From positions 1-43,967 of the IMG/VR virus record IMGVR_UViG_3300037473_000101: 43,967 bases of DNA; one strand, 5' to 3'. The stretch's first letter is position 1. The number at the start of each line of letters is the position of its first letter. Made by a program: the position numbers and the translations under genes. Source of the DNA: a virus. The notes under the pieces are model-generated. The model worked only from the letters and a program-made list of their open reading frames with translations. It ran no database searches and was not told the DNA's origin. This document shows positions 8,091 through 17,214 of this stretch, piece after piece.

Positions 8091-9062
8091 ATGGCTTCAC
8101 CCGGACTCTCGGAAATCGTCACCACCACGCTTCGCAACCGCCAGCCCACCATCGCCGACAACGTTCTGAATAACAACGCCCTGCTTCTGAAGATGAAGCG
8201 CGGCGGGAACGTGCGCCCCTTCTCGGGCGGCCGGACCATGGTGGAACCGCTCTATTGGGCGGAAAACAGCACCTACACCCGGTACTCCGGCTATGACGTG
8301 CTGAACATCAACCCATCGGACGTGATCTCTGCGGCGGAATACGACCTGAAGCAGGCCGCCGTCGCCGTCTCGATCTCCGGCCTCGAGGAATACCAGAACC
8401 AGGGCGAAGAGGCGGTTCTCGACCTCCTCGGCTCCCGCATCGAGAACGCCGAGACCACCATGCAGAACGGCATTTCGTCCGATCTCTATTCGGACGGAAC
8501 CGCGGATGGCGGCAAGCAGATCGGCGGCCTTCAGCTCATCGTCGCCGACACTAACACCAACACGGTCGGCGGCATATCGGCCTCGACCTATTCCTTCTGG
8601 CGCAACGTCAGTTTTGACGCGACCACGGACGGCGGCGCGGCCGTTTCGCCGGCCAACATCGGCGATTACATGATGAGGGTCTATCAGCAGCTCAAGCGAG
8701 GTGTTGACGGCCCGAACCTCATCATCGCCGACAACAACTATTACCGCGCCTACTGGGAAAGCCTTACGGCGATCCAGCGCATCACGTCCGACAAGGACCT
8801 TGCGTCCCTGGGCTTCACCAACATCGATTTCATGGGCTCGCCTGTGGTCATGGACGGTGGAATCGGCGGCGCGTGCCCGACCAACCACATGTACTTCCTC
8901 AATACCAAGTACATGAAGTACCGCCCCGCCACGGGTCGGAACATGGACGCGATTGCGCCCGACCGCTTCAGCATCAACCAAGACGCCATGGTCAAACTGA
9001 TCGGCTGGATGGGCAACATGGTTGCCTCCGGCCGGAAGTTCCAGGGCGTCTTGAAGGATTAA
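8091..9062 (+). CDS. Major capsid protein
   Basis: 323 aa. N-terminus SEIVTTTLRNRQPTIADNVLNNNALL is typical of podophage HK97-fold capsid proteins. Position after the scaffold. Stop TAA at 9060-9062. Confidence 0.8.
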   Translation: MASPGLSEIVTTTLRNRQPTIADNVLNNNALLLKMKRGGNVRPFSGGRTMVEPLYWAENSTYTRYSGYDVLNINPSDVISAAEYDLKQAAVAVSISGLEEYQNQGEEAVLDLLGSRIENAETTMQNGISSDLYSDGTADGGKQIGGLQLIVADTNTNTVGGISASTYSFWRNVSFDATTDGGAAVSPANIGDYMMRVYQQLKRGVDGPNLIIADNNYYRAYWESLTAIQRITSDKDLASLGFTNIDFMGSPVVMDGGIGGACPTNHMYFLNTKYMKYRPATGRNMDAIAPDRFSINQDAMVKLIGWMGNMVASGRKFQGVLKD

Positions 9063-9083
9063 GCGCGGGAAAGGAACAGGAAA

Positions 9084-9614
9084 ATGAGCAGCTACTTCTC
9101 AATCGAAAACCGCGCCGGGGTTGGCTATGGCACCGGCTTTGCCGATGTCAGCTCGACGCAGGGTCCCTATGGCTTGGGAACGATTCTTCGAGCCAAGGAC
9201 AGCGCGACCACGGCTCTTGGTGTGGGCGAGTTCATCTATCTGCTCTGCACCTCCGCCACCGTCGTTGGCTCTCTGGTCACCTACGACCAGGCCCAGGGCC
9301 TCGCGGCGCCGGTCTCGACCACCACGGAACGTTCGGGCCGCCCGGTTGCCGTTGCCATGGCGGCGGCTGCTGCTGGTCAATACTTCTGGGGCCAAATCGA
9401 CGGCGTCGCGGTCATGGCAAAGGGCGTCGTGGACTTCCCCACGGCTTCCCCGATCTACCGCTCCGGCGTCACGGCGGGGTACATCACCGTCACGGCGGCC
9501 TCCGGAAACCAGGTCTTGGGAGCGGTGACGGCCAATTCGTCCTCGGTCTCCTCGACCACCTCGCTCATCAACGTGCAGATCAATCGTCCGCACCTCCAGG
9601 GCCAGATCTCTTAA
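9084..9614 (+). CDS. Capsid cement/decoration-like protein (DUF2190-like pattern)
   Basis: 176 aa directly after the capsid gene. G/A/V-rich beta pattern RPVAVAMAAAAAGQYFWGQIDGVAVMAKG. In the same frame as the capsid gene, separated by TAA plus 7 sense codons. Confidence 0.55.
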   Translation: MSSYFSIENRAGVGYGTGFADVSSTQGPYGLGTILRAKDSATTALGVGEFIYLLCTSATVVGSLVTYDQAQGLAAPVSTTTERSGRPVAVAMAAAAAGQYFWGQIDGVAVMAKGVVDFPTASPIYRSGVTAGYITVTAASGNQVLGAVTANSSSVSSTTSLINVQINRPHLQGQIS

Positions 9615-10453
9615 TGGACCTGGACGCCATCCACATCGACTTTGAAGCGGGGGAGGGCGTCGCCTCGGTGGCGCCCTCCCTTACCCCGCTTCAGATCAAT
9701 GTCACCTGCAACACCAGCGGGGACATCACCCGGGAACACGTGAAGGCGAACAGCGCGCGGCCCATCCCTGTCGTTACCGTTCTGGAAGAAAACACCCGCC
9801 ACGCCGTCATTGTCGGGGGTGGCCCGTCGCTCAAAACCAACTGGACTGAAATCCTCGGCTGGATCGCGAGAGGGGCAGATGTGTTCGCGCTCAACGGCGC
9901 GGCGGAGTTCCTGAACGATAGGGGCGTTCTTCCGACCTACCAAGTCGTGGTGGACCCCCGGGAGACCAATGTCTCTTTGGTCGGCTTGGCGAGAAGCTAT
10001 CTCATCGCCTCGCAGTGCCACCCCGCCGTGTTCGAAGTCGCTCCGGCTCATCGGGTTGGGCTTTTCCACATGTACGGCTCGGCCAACGGATTGGTGGACG
10101 GGACCCTGATCGGCGGGGATGTGACCGTGGGTCTCGTCGCCCCCAATCTCGCCTACACCCTCGGTTACCGACAGATCCATCTCTATGGCTACGACTCCTC
10201 GTATGCGGATGGCGAGCACCACGCTTACCCGCAGGACCAGTCCGAGCAGGAAAGCAAGCGGCTGGAAGTGTTCACTATCGTCAACGGGGAAAAGCAGCCG
10301 TTCACGACGAATTTCGCGATGGCGAAGCAAGCAGAATTGTTTCCGAAGACCATGCAAACGCTCTGCGAGGCCGGCGCCGTCATCACTGTGCATGGAACGG
10401 GACTCATCCCGTCCATCGCTCAATCAATGCTGAAAGCCAAAGCGGCGGAATAG
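9614..10453 (+). CDS. DUF115 / Maf (MptE-like) Rossmann-fold protein, putative glycosyltransferase
   Basis: ATG at 9614 overlaps the upstream TAA. Motifs AVIVGGGPSL, ADVFALNGAAEFLNDRGVLPTYQVVVDPRE and IGGDVTVGLVAPNLAYTLGYRQIHLYGYDSSYADGEHHAY. The listed 526-aa ORF from 8873 is an upstream extension through the capsid gene. Confidence 0.6.
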   Translation: MDLDAIHIDFEAGEGVASVAPSLTPLQINVTCNTSGDITREHVKANSARPIPVVTVLEENTRHAVIVGGGPSLKTNWTEILGWIARGADVFALNGAAEFLNDRGVLPTYQVVVDPRETNVSLVGLARSYLIASQCHPAVFEVAPAHRVGLFHMYGSANGLVDGTLIGGDVTVGLVAPNLAYTLGYRQIHLYGYDSSYADGEHHAYPQDQSEQESKRLEVFTIVNGEKQPFTTNFAMAKQAELFPKTMQTLCEAGAVITVHGTGLIPSIAQSMLKAKAAE

Positions 10454-10461
10454 GAGATCCA

Positions 10462-11151
10462 ATGGAGATCGACGGCAAGATTGCGTACTCCCTCGGGGAG
10501 AAGGACGCCAACGGCAAGCCTCTCGGAACCCATGTGGTGTTCTGGTGGGGCGTCGATAAGAACAACTTCGAGACCGAGCACCAGAAGCGCCCGGTCTTCG
10601 ACAAGGTTCTTTACGCGGAAATCCGTACCCCCGCCGCGAAGATGCAGATTCACAAGGTCGTGGTCCGCCGGGTCTTCGCCAACGGCAACATCCGCGAGCC
10701 GCTGTCCGGCCGGAGGATCGAAGACCAGCCGGAACAGACATGGGCGGAAGTCCTCGCCCCGCAGCTCGAAGCCTTCGAAAAGGGCACGCTGGCGCCGGAC
10801 AACGAAACCCCGTTGGAGACGTGGCCGAAGCTGGACGTGGCTCAGGTCGCGAGCCTTCAGGCGTCGGGGATTCACTCCCTCGAGCAGTTGGCGGGCTGCC
10901 CGGATGCGAAGATCCATCTTCTCGGGATCGGCGGCGCCACCCTGAAGAAGCAGGCGCAGAACTTCCTCGACCTCAACAAGGGCAAGGACCACACCGACGA
11001 GCTGATTGCTCAGAATGCCAACCTGCAAGCGCAGATCGACGCGATGCGCGAGCAGATGGCGAAGCTCATCCCCTCGGCAGAGCAGGCGGCGGAAGTCGCC
11101 GCGGCCGATCCGGTGAAACGCGGGCCTGGTCGCCCGCCCAAGGCAGCCTAA
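10462..11151 (+). CDS. Structural-module protein with a helix-hairpin-helix-like segment and a C-terminal AT-hook-like tail
   Basis: ATG at 10462 after GGAGATCC. ASLQASGIHSLEQLAG, a coiled coil, and the terminal KRGPGRPPKAA. Confidence 0.6.
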   Translation: MEIDGKIAYSLGEKDANGKPLGTHVVFWWGVDKNNFETEHQKRPVFDKVLYAEIRTPAAKMQIHKVVVRRVFANGNIREPLSGRRIEDQPEQTWAEVLAPQLEAFEKGTLAPDNETPLETWPKLDVAQVASLQASGIHSLEQLAGCPDAKIHLLGIGGATLKKQAQNFLDLNKGKDHTDELIAQNANLQAQIDAMREQMAKLIPSAEQAAEVAAADPVKRGPGRPPKAA

Positions 11152-11161
11152 GGAGCAGATC

Positions 11162-11527
11162 ATGGCACTTGCGAAAGAACTCATGGGCCTCGGCCTCCCT
11201 AACTTCCAAGCTGTGGCGCTGGGGTTCGGCCCCGGTGCGACGGGCCTCACCGCTGCCGGCACGGGCCAGAGCGATGCTCTTGCCCTGGTGGATGGCGTCA
11301 ACGTCTTCTCGACCGTCGCGTCCGGAGCTGGCGCGCGCCTTCCCGTCGCGGGGGCGAAGGGGCCGGTCGCCGTCTGCAATGGTGGAGCGAATGCCTGTCT
11401 GGTCTACCCGGCCACGGGCCAGAACATCAACGGTGGCTCGGCCAACGGCAGCTTTTCGGTGACCAACGCCAAGACGGCGATCTTCATCCCCTATGAAACC
11501 GGTTGGGTGGCGATCCTGAGCGCGTGA
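11162..11527 (+). CDS. Hypothetical virion-module protein (121 aa)
   Basis: ORF with an ATG start in the co-oriented structural block. Confidence 0.6.
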   Translation: MALAKELMGLGLPNFQAVALGFGPGATGLTAAGTGQSDALALVDGVNVFSTVASGAGARLPVAGAKGPVAVCNGGANACLVYPATGQNINGGSANGSFSVTNAKTAIFIPYETGWVAILSA

Positions 11528-11530
11528 TGC

Positions 11531-12262
11531 ATGTCCCTTCTCACCGTCGTCCAGTCCGCATGCCGTAGGCTTGCGCTTCCCGTGCCGACCGCCGTTGTGT
11601 CGTCCACGGATGCGCAAGTCCTCCAGCTATGGGAACTGGCGAACCAGGAAGGGACGGAGCTTTCCGAACGTTATGACTGGTCGATTCTGGTCCGGCAGAC
11701 CAGCTTCGCCACAGTGGCGGCAGAGGATCAGCCGGCGAGTGTCCCCAGCGATTTCGGACACTACGTCATCGACAGCATGTGGAACCGCACCACCAAGCGG
11801 AAGTGCTTCGGCCCCCTGACCTCGGCTGACTGGCAACAGGTTCTTTCGTATCCGATCTACACATCCATCAATCCCGTTTTCCGGATGATCCAGCCCGGCG
11901 GGACGATTGACGGCTATGTGAAACTGATCCCGACGCCCCCGGCGGGACAGAGCATCTATTACGAATACGCCATCAAGAACTGGGCAGCGACCACCGGCGG
12001 CAGCTCCCCGACGCTCTCCTCCTATGAAGCCGACACCGATTTTTCGGTGGTCGATGAAAAGTTGGTGGCGAAGGGGCTGTTGTGGCGGTTCAAAGCCGCG
12101 AAGGGGTTCGACTACGGCCAGGACTTCGCCAACTACGAGGCGGATGTAGCAAGGGCACAGGCTCAGGACGGTGGAGGAAAGCCCAAGCTCAATCTCGTGG
12201 GTGGCCTTGGCGTGCAGGACATCTGGCCTGCCAACATCCCGATCGGGAATTGGCCGTCATGA
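11531..12262 (+). CDS. Neck/adaptor-like structural protein (putative)
   Basis: 243 aa between the head genes and the large neck protein. ATGA overlap with the next gene. Confidence 0.55.
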   Translation: MSLLTVVQSACRRLALPVPTAVVSSTDAQVLQLWELANQEGTELSERYDWSILVRQTSFATVAAEDQPASVPSDFGHYVIDSMWNRTTKRKCFGPLTSADWQQVLSYPIYTSINPVFRMIQPGGTIDGYVKLIPTPPAGQSIYYEYAIKNWAATTGGSSPTLSSYEADTDFSVVDEKLVAKGLLWRFKAAKGFDYGQDFANYEADVARAQAQDGGGKPKLNLVGGLGVQDIWPANIPIGNWPS

Positions 12263-13830
12263 GCCTCCGCAGTCCCGTCCGCGTCGGCAACACCCTGCAG
12301 AAAGCGCGCATCGCTGACGGCTTCTCCTTGCCTCCGGCCATCGGGGGGTTGAATGCGCGTGACGCCCTCTCAAACATGGACCCGAAGGACGCGCTCATCC
12401 TCAACAACTGGTTTCCGCAGCCGACCTATGTTGAGCTGCGCAAGGGTCATCTGTCCTTCGCCACCATCTCCAACTCCGATCCCGTCGATACCCTCATGCA
12501 GTACGCGGGGGTGACGGAGAACAAGCTCTTTGCCGCTGCGTCCTCGACCATCTTCAACGTTACCGCCGGGGGGTCTGTTGCGTCCGCTGACGTGACCGGC
12601 CTCGCCAATGCGAAATGGCAGTACCTCAACTTCGCAAATGCGGGTGGTCATTTCATCTGGACGTGCAATGGCGCCGATACGCCGCTGGCCTATGACGGAT
12701 CAGTGTGGTCGGTTTTGAGCACGATCAGCGCCGGAGTTGCCTCGGTCGGGTTCTCAGCCTCAAACTTCATCTATGTGACATCCTTCAAGAACCGCATCTG
12801 GACGGTGCAGAAAGACAGCCTGAATGCTTGGTATCTCGGGGTCAATTCGATCACCGGGCTTGCGACGAAATTCCCGCTGTCCTCGATCTTCCAGTTGGGT
12901 GGGCATCTAATTGCGATTGGCACCCTCTCCCAGGACGCGGGGAACGGGCCGGACGATTACATTGCCTTCGTGACCTCCAACGGCGAGGTGGCGATTTACG
13001 GTGGGACCGATCCAGCTTCCGATCTCGTCATTGTCGGGCGCTTCACCATCGGCCGCCCGGTTCCGCTCCGTCCGCTCATTCAGGTGGGTGGGGATCTCTT
13101 CGTCCTGACCGACGACGGCATTATTTCGATGATCAAAGCATTGAATGTCGATAAGGCGGCGATCTCGAAAATCAGCCTCTCCAACAAGATCAACACCCTC
13201 ATCAACCAGGCGGTCCAGCTCTACCGCGGTAACTTCGGTTGGCAGGTCTTCGCTTACCCACGAGGGAATTGGGCCATCGTCAACGTGCCCGTGAGCGAGA
13301 ACGAGACACAGACCCAGTTCATCATGAACACGATTACCGGAGCGTGGTCCACTTTCACCGGACTCAATGCAAACTGCTGGTGCCTCAAAGGCGATGATCT
13401 CTATTTCGGCGGGAATGCAGGGGACATCTATCTCGCCGATACCGGCTACACCGACAACGGGGCCGGTATCTTCGGGCAATACAAGTCGTCGTTCAATTAC
13501 TACGGCAACCGTGGAACGAACAAGCAAGTCACCATGATCCGGCCTGTCTATCGGGCCAACGGTAACCCGACGATCCTGCTCGGCATCGACATGGACTTTG
13601 CCAATCAAGATCCGGGATCGAATCTCGACATTCCCACCGGTGGATCGGGTTGGGATGAAGGTCTCTGGGATGATGCGATGTGGGCCGGCGAGACGCCCTA
13701 CACCTCGCAGTGGAGAACTGTGGGAGGAATTGGGTACTGCGGGGCCATCCGCCTCAACGTGCTCTCTCGCGGTCAGTCCATGCAGGTGAACAGCTTCGAC
13801 CTCCAGGCCATTCCGGGAGGTCCGCTGTGA
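12259..13830 (+). CDS. Large neck/tail-hub structural protein (putative)
   Basis: 523 aa starting MSLRSPVRVGNTLQKARIADGF at ATG 12259. Its position is equivalent to the P22 gp10 or tubular-B class. The call is by synteny only. Confidence 0.55.
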   Translation: MSLRSPVRVGNTLQKARIADGFSLPPAIGGLNARDALSNMDPKDALILNNWFPQPTYVELRKGHLSFATISNSDPVDTLMQYAGVTENKLFAAASSTIFNVTAGGSVASADVTGLANAKWQYLNFANAGGHFIWTCNGADTPLAYDGSVWSVLSTISAGVASVGFSASNFIYVTSFKNRIWTVQKDSLNAWYLGVNSITGLATKFPLSSIFQLGGHLIAIGTLSQDAGNGPDDYIAFVTSNGEVAIYGGTDPASDLVIVGRFTIGRPVPLRPLIQVGGDLFVLTDDGIISMIKALNVDKAAISKISLSNKINTLINQAVQLYRGNFGWQVFAYPRGNWAIVNVPVSENETQTQFIMNTITGAWSTFTGLNANCWCLKGDDLYFGGNAGDIYLADTGYTDNGAGIFGQYKSSFNYYGNRGTNKQVTMIRPVYRANGNPTILLGIDMDFANQDPGSNLDIPTGGSGWDEGLWDDAMWAGETPYTSQWRTVGGIGYCGAIRLNVLSRGQSMQVNSFDLQAIPGGPL

Positions 13831-14270
13831 AGCTCTGCCTCGACCAAAACGGCGTCATCGCACAGTGGGTTCTCCGTCAGATCCCGGAGGCGGGGGATTT
13901 CGGCCCGTGCTCGGCTTTGGGGCTCCTCGGTGCAGATGGTTCGCCGCTCGCGGGCGCGGTCTACCACCAGTACCAACCGGCTTACCGCTCTATCATGATT
14001 TCGCTCGCTGCCTCCACTCCAAGGTGGGCGACCAAGAACACGGTCTCCATGTTCCTGCGTCATCCCTTCGTGACGTGGGATGTCCACAAGCTCCGGGCGG
14101 CGATTCTCCACACCAACACGCGCTCTCTGAAGCTCACCAAGGGGGTGGGGTTCACGCAAGAGGGCATTCTGAAAGATGAGTTCGGAAAAGGAAAACACGC
14201 GGTGATGCTCCGCCTGTTCAACGAGGATTTTGAGAGGCTCTATGGGCAAGGACAGTCCAAAGCAGCCTAG
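13827..14270 (+). CDS. GNAT-family acetyltransferase-like protein
   Basis: GTGA overlap at 13827. C-terminal pattern RSLKLTKGVGFTQEGILKDEFGKGKHAVMLRL resembles GNAT motifs A and B. Confidence 0.5.
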   Translation: MKLCLDQNGVIAQWVLRQIPEAGDFGPCSALGLLGADGSPLAGAVYHQYQPAYRSIMISLAASTPRWATKNTVSMFLRHPFVTWDVHKLRAAILHTNTRSLKLTKGVGFTQEGILKDEFGKGKHAVMLRLFNEDFERLYGQGQSKAA

Positions 14271-15120
14271 CCAGCCGAACCCCGCGCAAGTCGCGGCGGC
14301 GCAGGGCGCTTCCAACGTCGAAACGGCGATTGCCAACGCTTGGCTAAACTCCGGGAACCAGGTCACCCCATACGGGAACGTCACCACCAACCAGGTGGGA
14401 ACGCAGCAGGTCGGATCGAACAAGGTCCCGATCTTCTCGCAAACCATGACGCTCTCACCGGAGCAGCAGAAGCTCTATGAACAGGGAGTACAGGCCGACA
14501 CGAGGCTGAACGACCTGGGTCTCTCGCAGATCGGGCGCATTCAGGACGCGGTTTCACAGCCCTTCAAGCTCGACGCCTTCGGCCAGGCCCCCACGGCTGA
14601 CGCAGCCGCGAGAGACAAGGCGTATCAGAGCATCCTCGACCGTGCGGCGCCTCAACAGCAGCGGGAGCTGGGGTCTCTCGAAGCAAGGCTCGCGTCCCAG
14701 GGTATCGGGATGGGCTCTGAAGCGTATTCCAATGCCATGTCGGACTATGGGCGGAACGTCAACGACTTCCGGCTTGCCGCTGACAGACAGGCCGGAAACG
14801 AGATGGCCCAGCAATACGGGCTCAACTCGCAGGCTTATCAGCAAGCTATTTCTAACGCTCTCCTGGAGAGGCAACAGCCGTTGCAGGAGTTCAGCCAGTT
14901 CACGGGGGCCTCAAACAACTTCGCCTCGCCGCAGATGGTCAGTAATCCCCAATCGATGATCCAGCCCACGGACACGACTTCTCCCGTCTATGCGAACTAC
15001 AACGCGCAGCAACAGAACTACATGAACGGACAGGCGAACAATCAATCGCTTTGGGGCGGTCTTGCTGGGCTAGGCGGCGCTGCCCTCGGCGGCTGGGCTT
15101 CCGGCGGGTTTGGGTGGTGA
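14242..15120 (+). CDS. Internal virion/ejection-like protein with a Gly-rich hydrophobic C-terminus
   Basis: ATG at 14242 after GAGAGG. Q/N-rich. Ends LWGGLAGLGGAALGGWASGGFGW. Confidence 0.6.
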   Translation: MGKDSPKQPSQPNPAQVAAAQGASNVETAIANAWLNSGNQVTPYGNVTTNQVGTQQVGSNKVPIFSQTMTLSPEQQKLYEQGVQADTRLNDLGLSQIGRIQDAVSQPFKLDAFGQAPTADAAARDKAYQSILDRAAPQQQRELGSLEARLASQGIGMGSEAYSNAMSDYGRNVNDFRLAADRQAGNEMAQQYGLNSQAYQQAISNALLERQQPLQEFSQFTGASNNFASPQMVSNPQSMIQPTDTTSPVYANYNAQQQNYMNGQANNQSLWGGLAGLGGAALGGWASGGFGW

Positions 15121-15121
15121 C

Positions 15122-15949
15122 ATGCCGAATGTAAGAGGCGGTAACGGGACAGGCTTTGGGGGCGCGGCGAGTGCCGGGCGGGATGCGTCGAGCAGTTCCC
15201 GGGCGGCGCGCGGGGCTGATGGTCGCAATGCATCAGCCGGCCGTCCGGGGGGCATGGGCACGCAGCGTTCGGTGTTCACCAGCCAGGACGGGCTTTCAAA
15301 GGGCATCTCGGTTGCGGTCGGTCCGGATCTCGCGAACAAGAATGCCCAACGCGCAGCGACCTACAACGCCGCAGCACATGAATGGAATCAGTCGGCGGAA
15401 CGGCCGTCGATCAATAACCTCGTCAACAACATGTCCCCGATGGGCTTCGCGATGGAGCCGCCGGACATCAAGCGGCCTCAGACCTTCTCGGGCTCGACCT
15501 ATCACCTCGGCTGGAATCCAGGTTCTTTGCTCGGGCTCGCCGGCATGGCTGCGCCCATCCCGGGCGCGGGGACCGTGCTCGGGGCCGCGGGGCAGGCGGC
15601 CTATAGCGCGCTTGGCGGGAAGAACCCGATCCTCACCGGCCCTGGCTCCATGGGCATGCCGACATGGGATGCACCAACAAACCAGCCAAATCCCGGCGCG
15701 GTGCCTAACGGTGGCAGCACGGGGACTGGCGGCATGACGGCGTTCCCGCAGCAGCAGGGGATGTCGGCCCCCGGAGGTGCAGCGTTCGGGCCGCAGCCGA
15801 CCAAGCCAACTCCACAACCAGATCCGATGGCGGGCCTCTTCGCTCCGAAGCTGCCCAACCACTCCTTGCCTCAAAACTACCAGAGCATGTTCCCGAACTC
15901 GCTCTCCAAGGATGACTTGTCGTTGCTCTACGCAAAGGCATTGGCATGA
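15122..15949 (+). CDS. Internal virion-like protein, G/P-rich
   Basis: ATG at 15122 (MPNVRGGNGTGFGG...) in ORF 15110-15949. ATGA overlap with the next gene. Confidence 0.55.
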   Translation: MPNVRGGNGTGFGGAASAGRDASSSSRAARGADGRNASAGRPGGMGTQRSVFTSQDGLSKGISVAVGPDLANKNAQRAATYNAAAHEWNQSAERPSINNLVNNMSPMGFAMEPPDIKRPQTFSGSTYHLGWNPGSLLGLAGMAAPIPGAGTVLGAAGQAAYSALGGKNPILTGPGSMGMPTWDAPTNQPNPGAVPNGGSTGTGGMTAFPQQQGMSAPGGAAFGPQPTKPTPQPDPMAGLFAPKLPNHSLPQNYQSMFPNSLSKDDLSLLYAKALA

Positions 15950-17214
15950 ACCCGGCACTGTTCGCAAACCCTCAACTGTTCGGGGCCTATCAGCAAGACC
16001 CCCGGAACGCCTATGCACAGGCCCTTATGCAGCAGGGCATGTCTACGGCTCCTGTTCGCTCACCATTGGAAGGGCTGGCGCGGGCTCTTGCTGGAGGCCT
16101 TGGGGGATTGCAGCAAGGGAACATCCGCAAGGACTACGAGAAGCAGGGGGAACAATACCGCCAGGGTCTCGCAGCAGCCCTGAAGGGCGGCGATGTGATC
16201 GGGGCACTTTCGTCCTCCGGAGATCCGTACCTCAACCAGCTCGGTCTTGATGCGCAGTTGAAAGGCGCGATGGCCAAGCAACAGGCGCAGATCGAAGGCG
16301 ACCAGCGCATTCAGACCGAAACTGCCCTTAACCCGGTGATGGCGCAGCGTGCCGGTCAGACCGCGGGCGCGACGATGCCTTATGAGATCCAGAAAGCCCA
16401 GGCTATCGCCGGGATCGACGTAGGCAAGGCGGTGGAGATCGCCCGCCAGACGTTGCCGATCGACACTCAGAAAGCATTGGGCATTGCAGCCGGTCAAGCG
16501 CAGATCGATCTTGCCAAAGCCGCGCAGATGGCGCCGATCCAGACGGCTCAGGCGGTAGCCCAGGCGCAAGCTCTCCTTCCCATCGAAGTGCAAAAGGCTA
16601 TCGGCATTGCCGAGGGCACGCTGCCTACTGACATCGCCAAGACTCAAGCCGGAAAGACAACCTGGAACACTGTAACCGGACCAGACGGGAAGCCTGTCTA
16701 TCAAGAGAGCAACCTAGGCGAAAAGAAGGCCATGCCGGGTCAGGAAGGCGGCGGCGCGTTCAAACAAGAGAACACCCTGCGGGACGAGTACAACACGCTC
16801 ACCAAGGACTTCCGCACCGTTCAAGACGCCTACAACAAGCTTGTTGGCACCTCGGACACCGGGGCCGGGGACATGTCCTTGCTCTACTCCTACGTGAAGC
16901 TGCTCGACCCCGGTTCCGTTGTCAGGGAGAGCGAGTTCGCCACCGCTGCGGCTTCCGGCTCCTATGGCGAGCGCATCCAAGGCCTCGTGCAGCGCGTCAT
17001 GACCGGCGAGCGCTTGCCGCCGTCTCTCCGCGCCGAGTTCAAGGCCGAAGCAAAGAGCATCTATGAGGGCCAGAAGACTGGGTACGACAATGCGGGCAAG
17101 CAATACTCCGAGCTGGCGCGCAAGGCTGGGATTGATCCCAGCGCGGTTGTGATCCCGTACGACACGCCAGACATCGTTCAGAAATACAATCTCATCCCGA
17201 AAGGGCCGCGGTGA
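15946..17214 (+). CDS. Internal virion-like protein (422 aa) with internal LPI(D/E)xQKAxGIAxG repeats
   Basis: ORF in the co-oriented block with repeated peptide motifs. Confidence 0.6.
   Translation: MNPALFANPQLFGAYQQDPRNAYAQALMQQGMSTAPVRSPLEGLARALAGGLGGLQQGNIRKDYEKQGEQYRQGLAAALKGGDVIGALSSSGDPYLNQLGLDAQLKGAMAKQQAQIEGDQRIQTETALNPVMAQRAGQTAGATMPYEIQKAQAIAGIDVGKAVEIARQTLPIDTQKALGIAAGQAQIDLAKAAQMAPIQTAQAVAQAQALLPIEVQKAIGIAEGTLPTDIAKTQAGKTTWNTVTGPDGKPVYQESNLGEKKAMPGQEGGGAFKQENTLRDEYNTLTKDFRTVQDAYNKLVGTSDTGAGDMSLLYSYVKLLDPGSVVRESEFATAAASGSYGERIQGLVQRVMTGERLPPSLRAEFKAEAKSIYEGQKTGYDNAGKQYSELARKAGIDPSAVVIPYDTPDIVQKYNLIPKGPR

Noticed and set aside
8873-10453. 526-aa ORF in the six-frame track spanning the end of the capsid gene to 10453
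   Set aside because: Its first 247 codons are an out-of-frame read through the capsid and cement-like genes, with R/G/H-rich nonsense-like composition. A proper ATG at 9614 overlaps the upstream TAA and begins the DUF115-like sequence, so only 9614-10453 is called.
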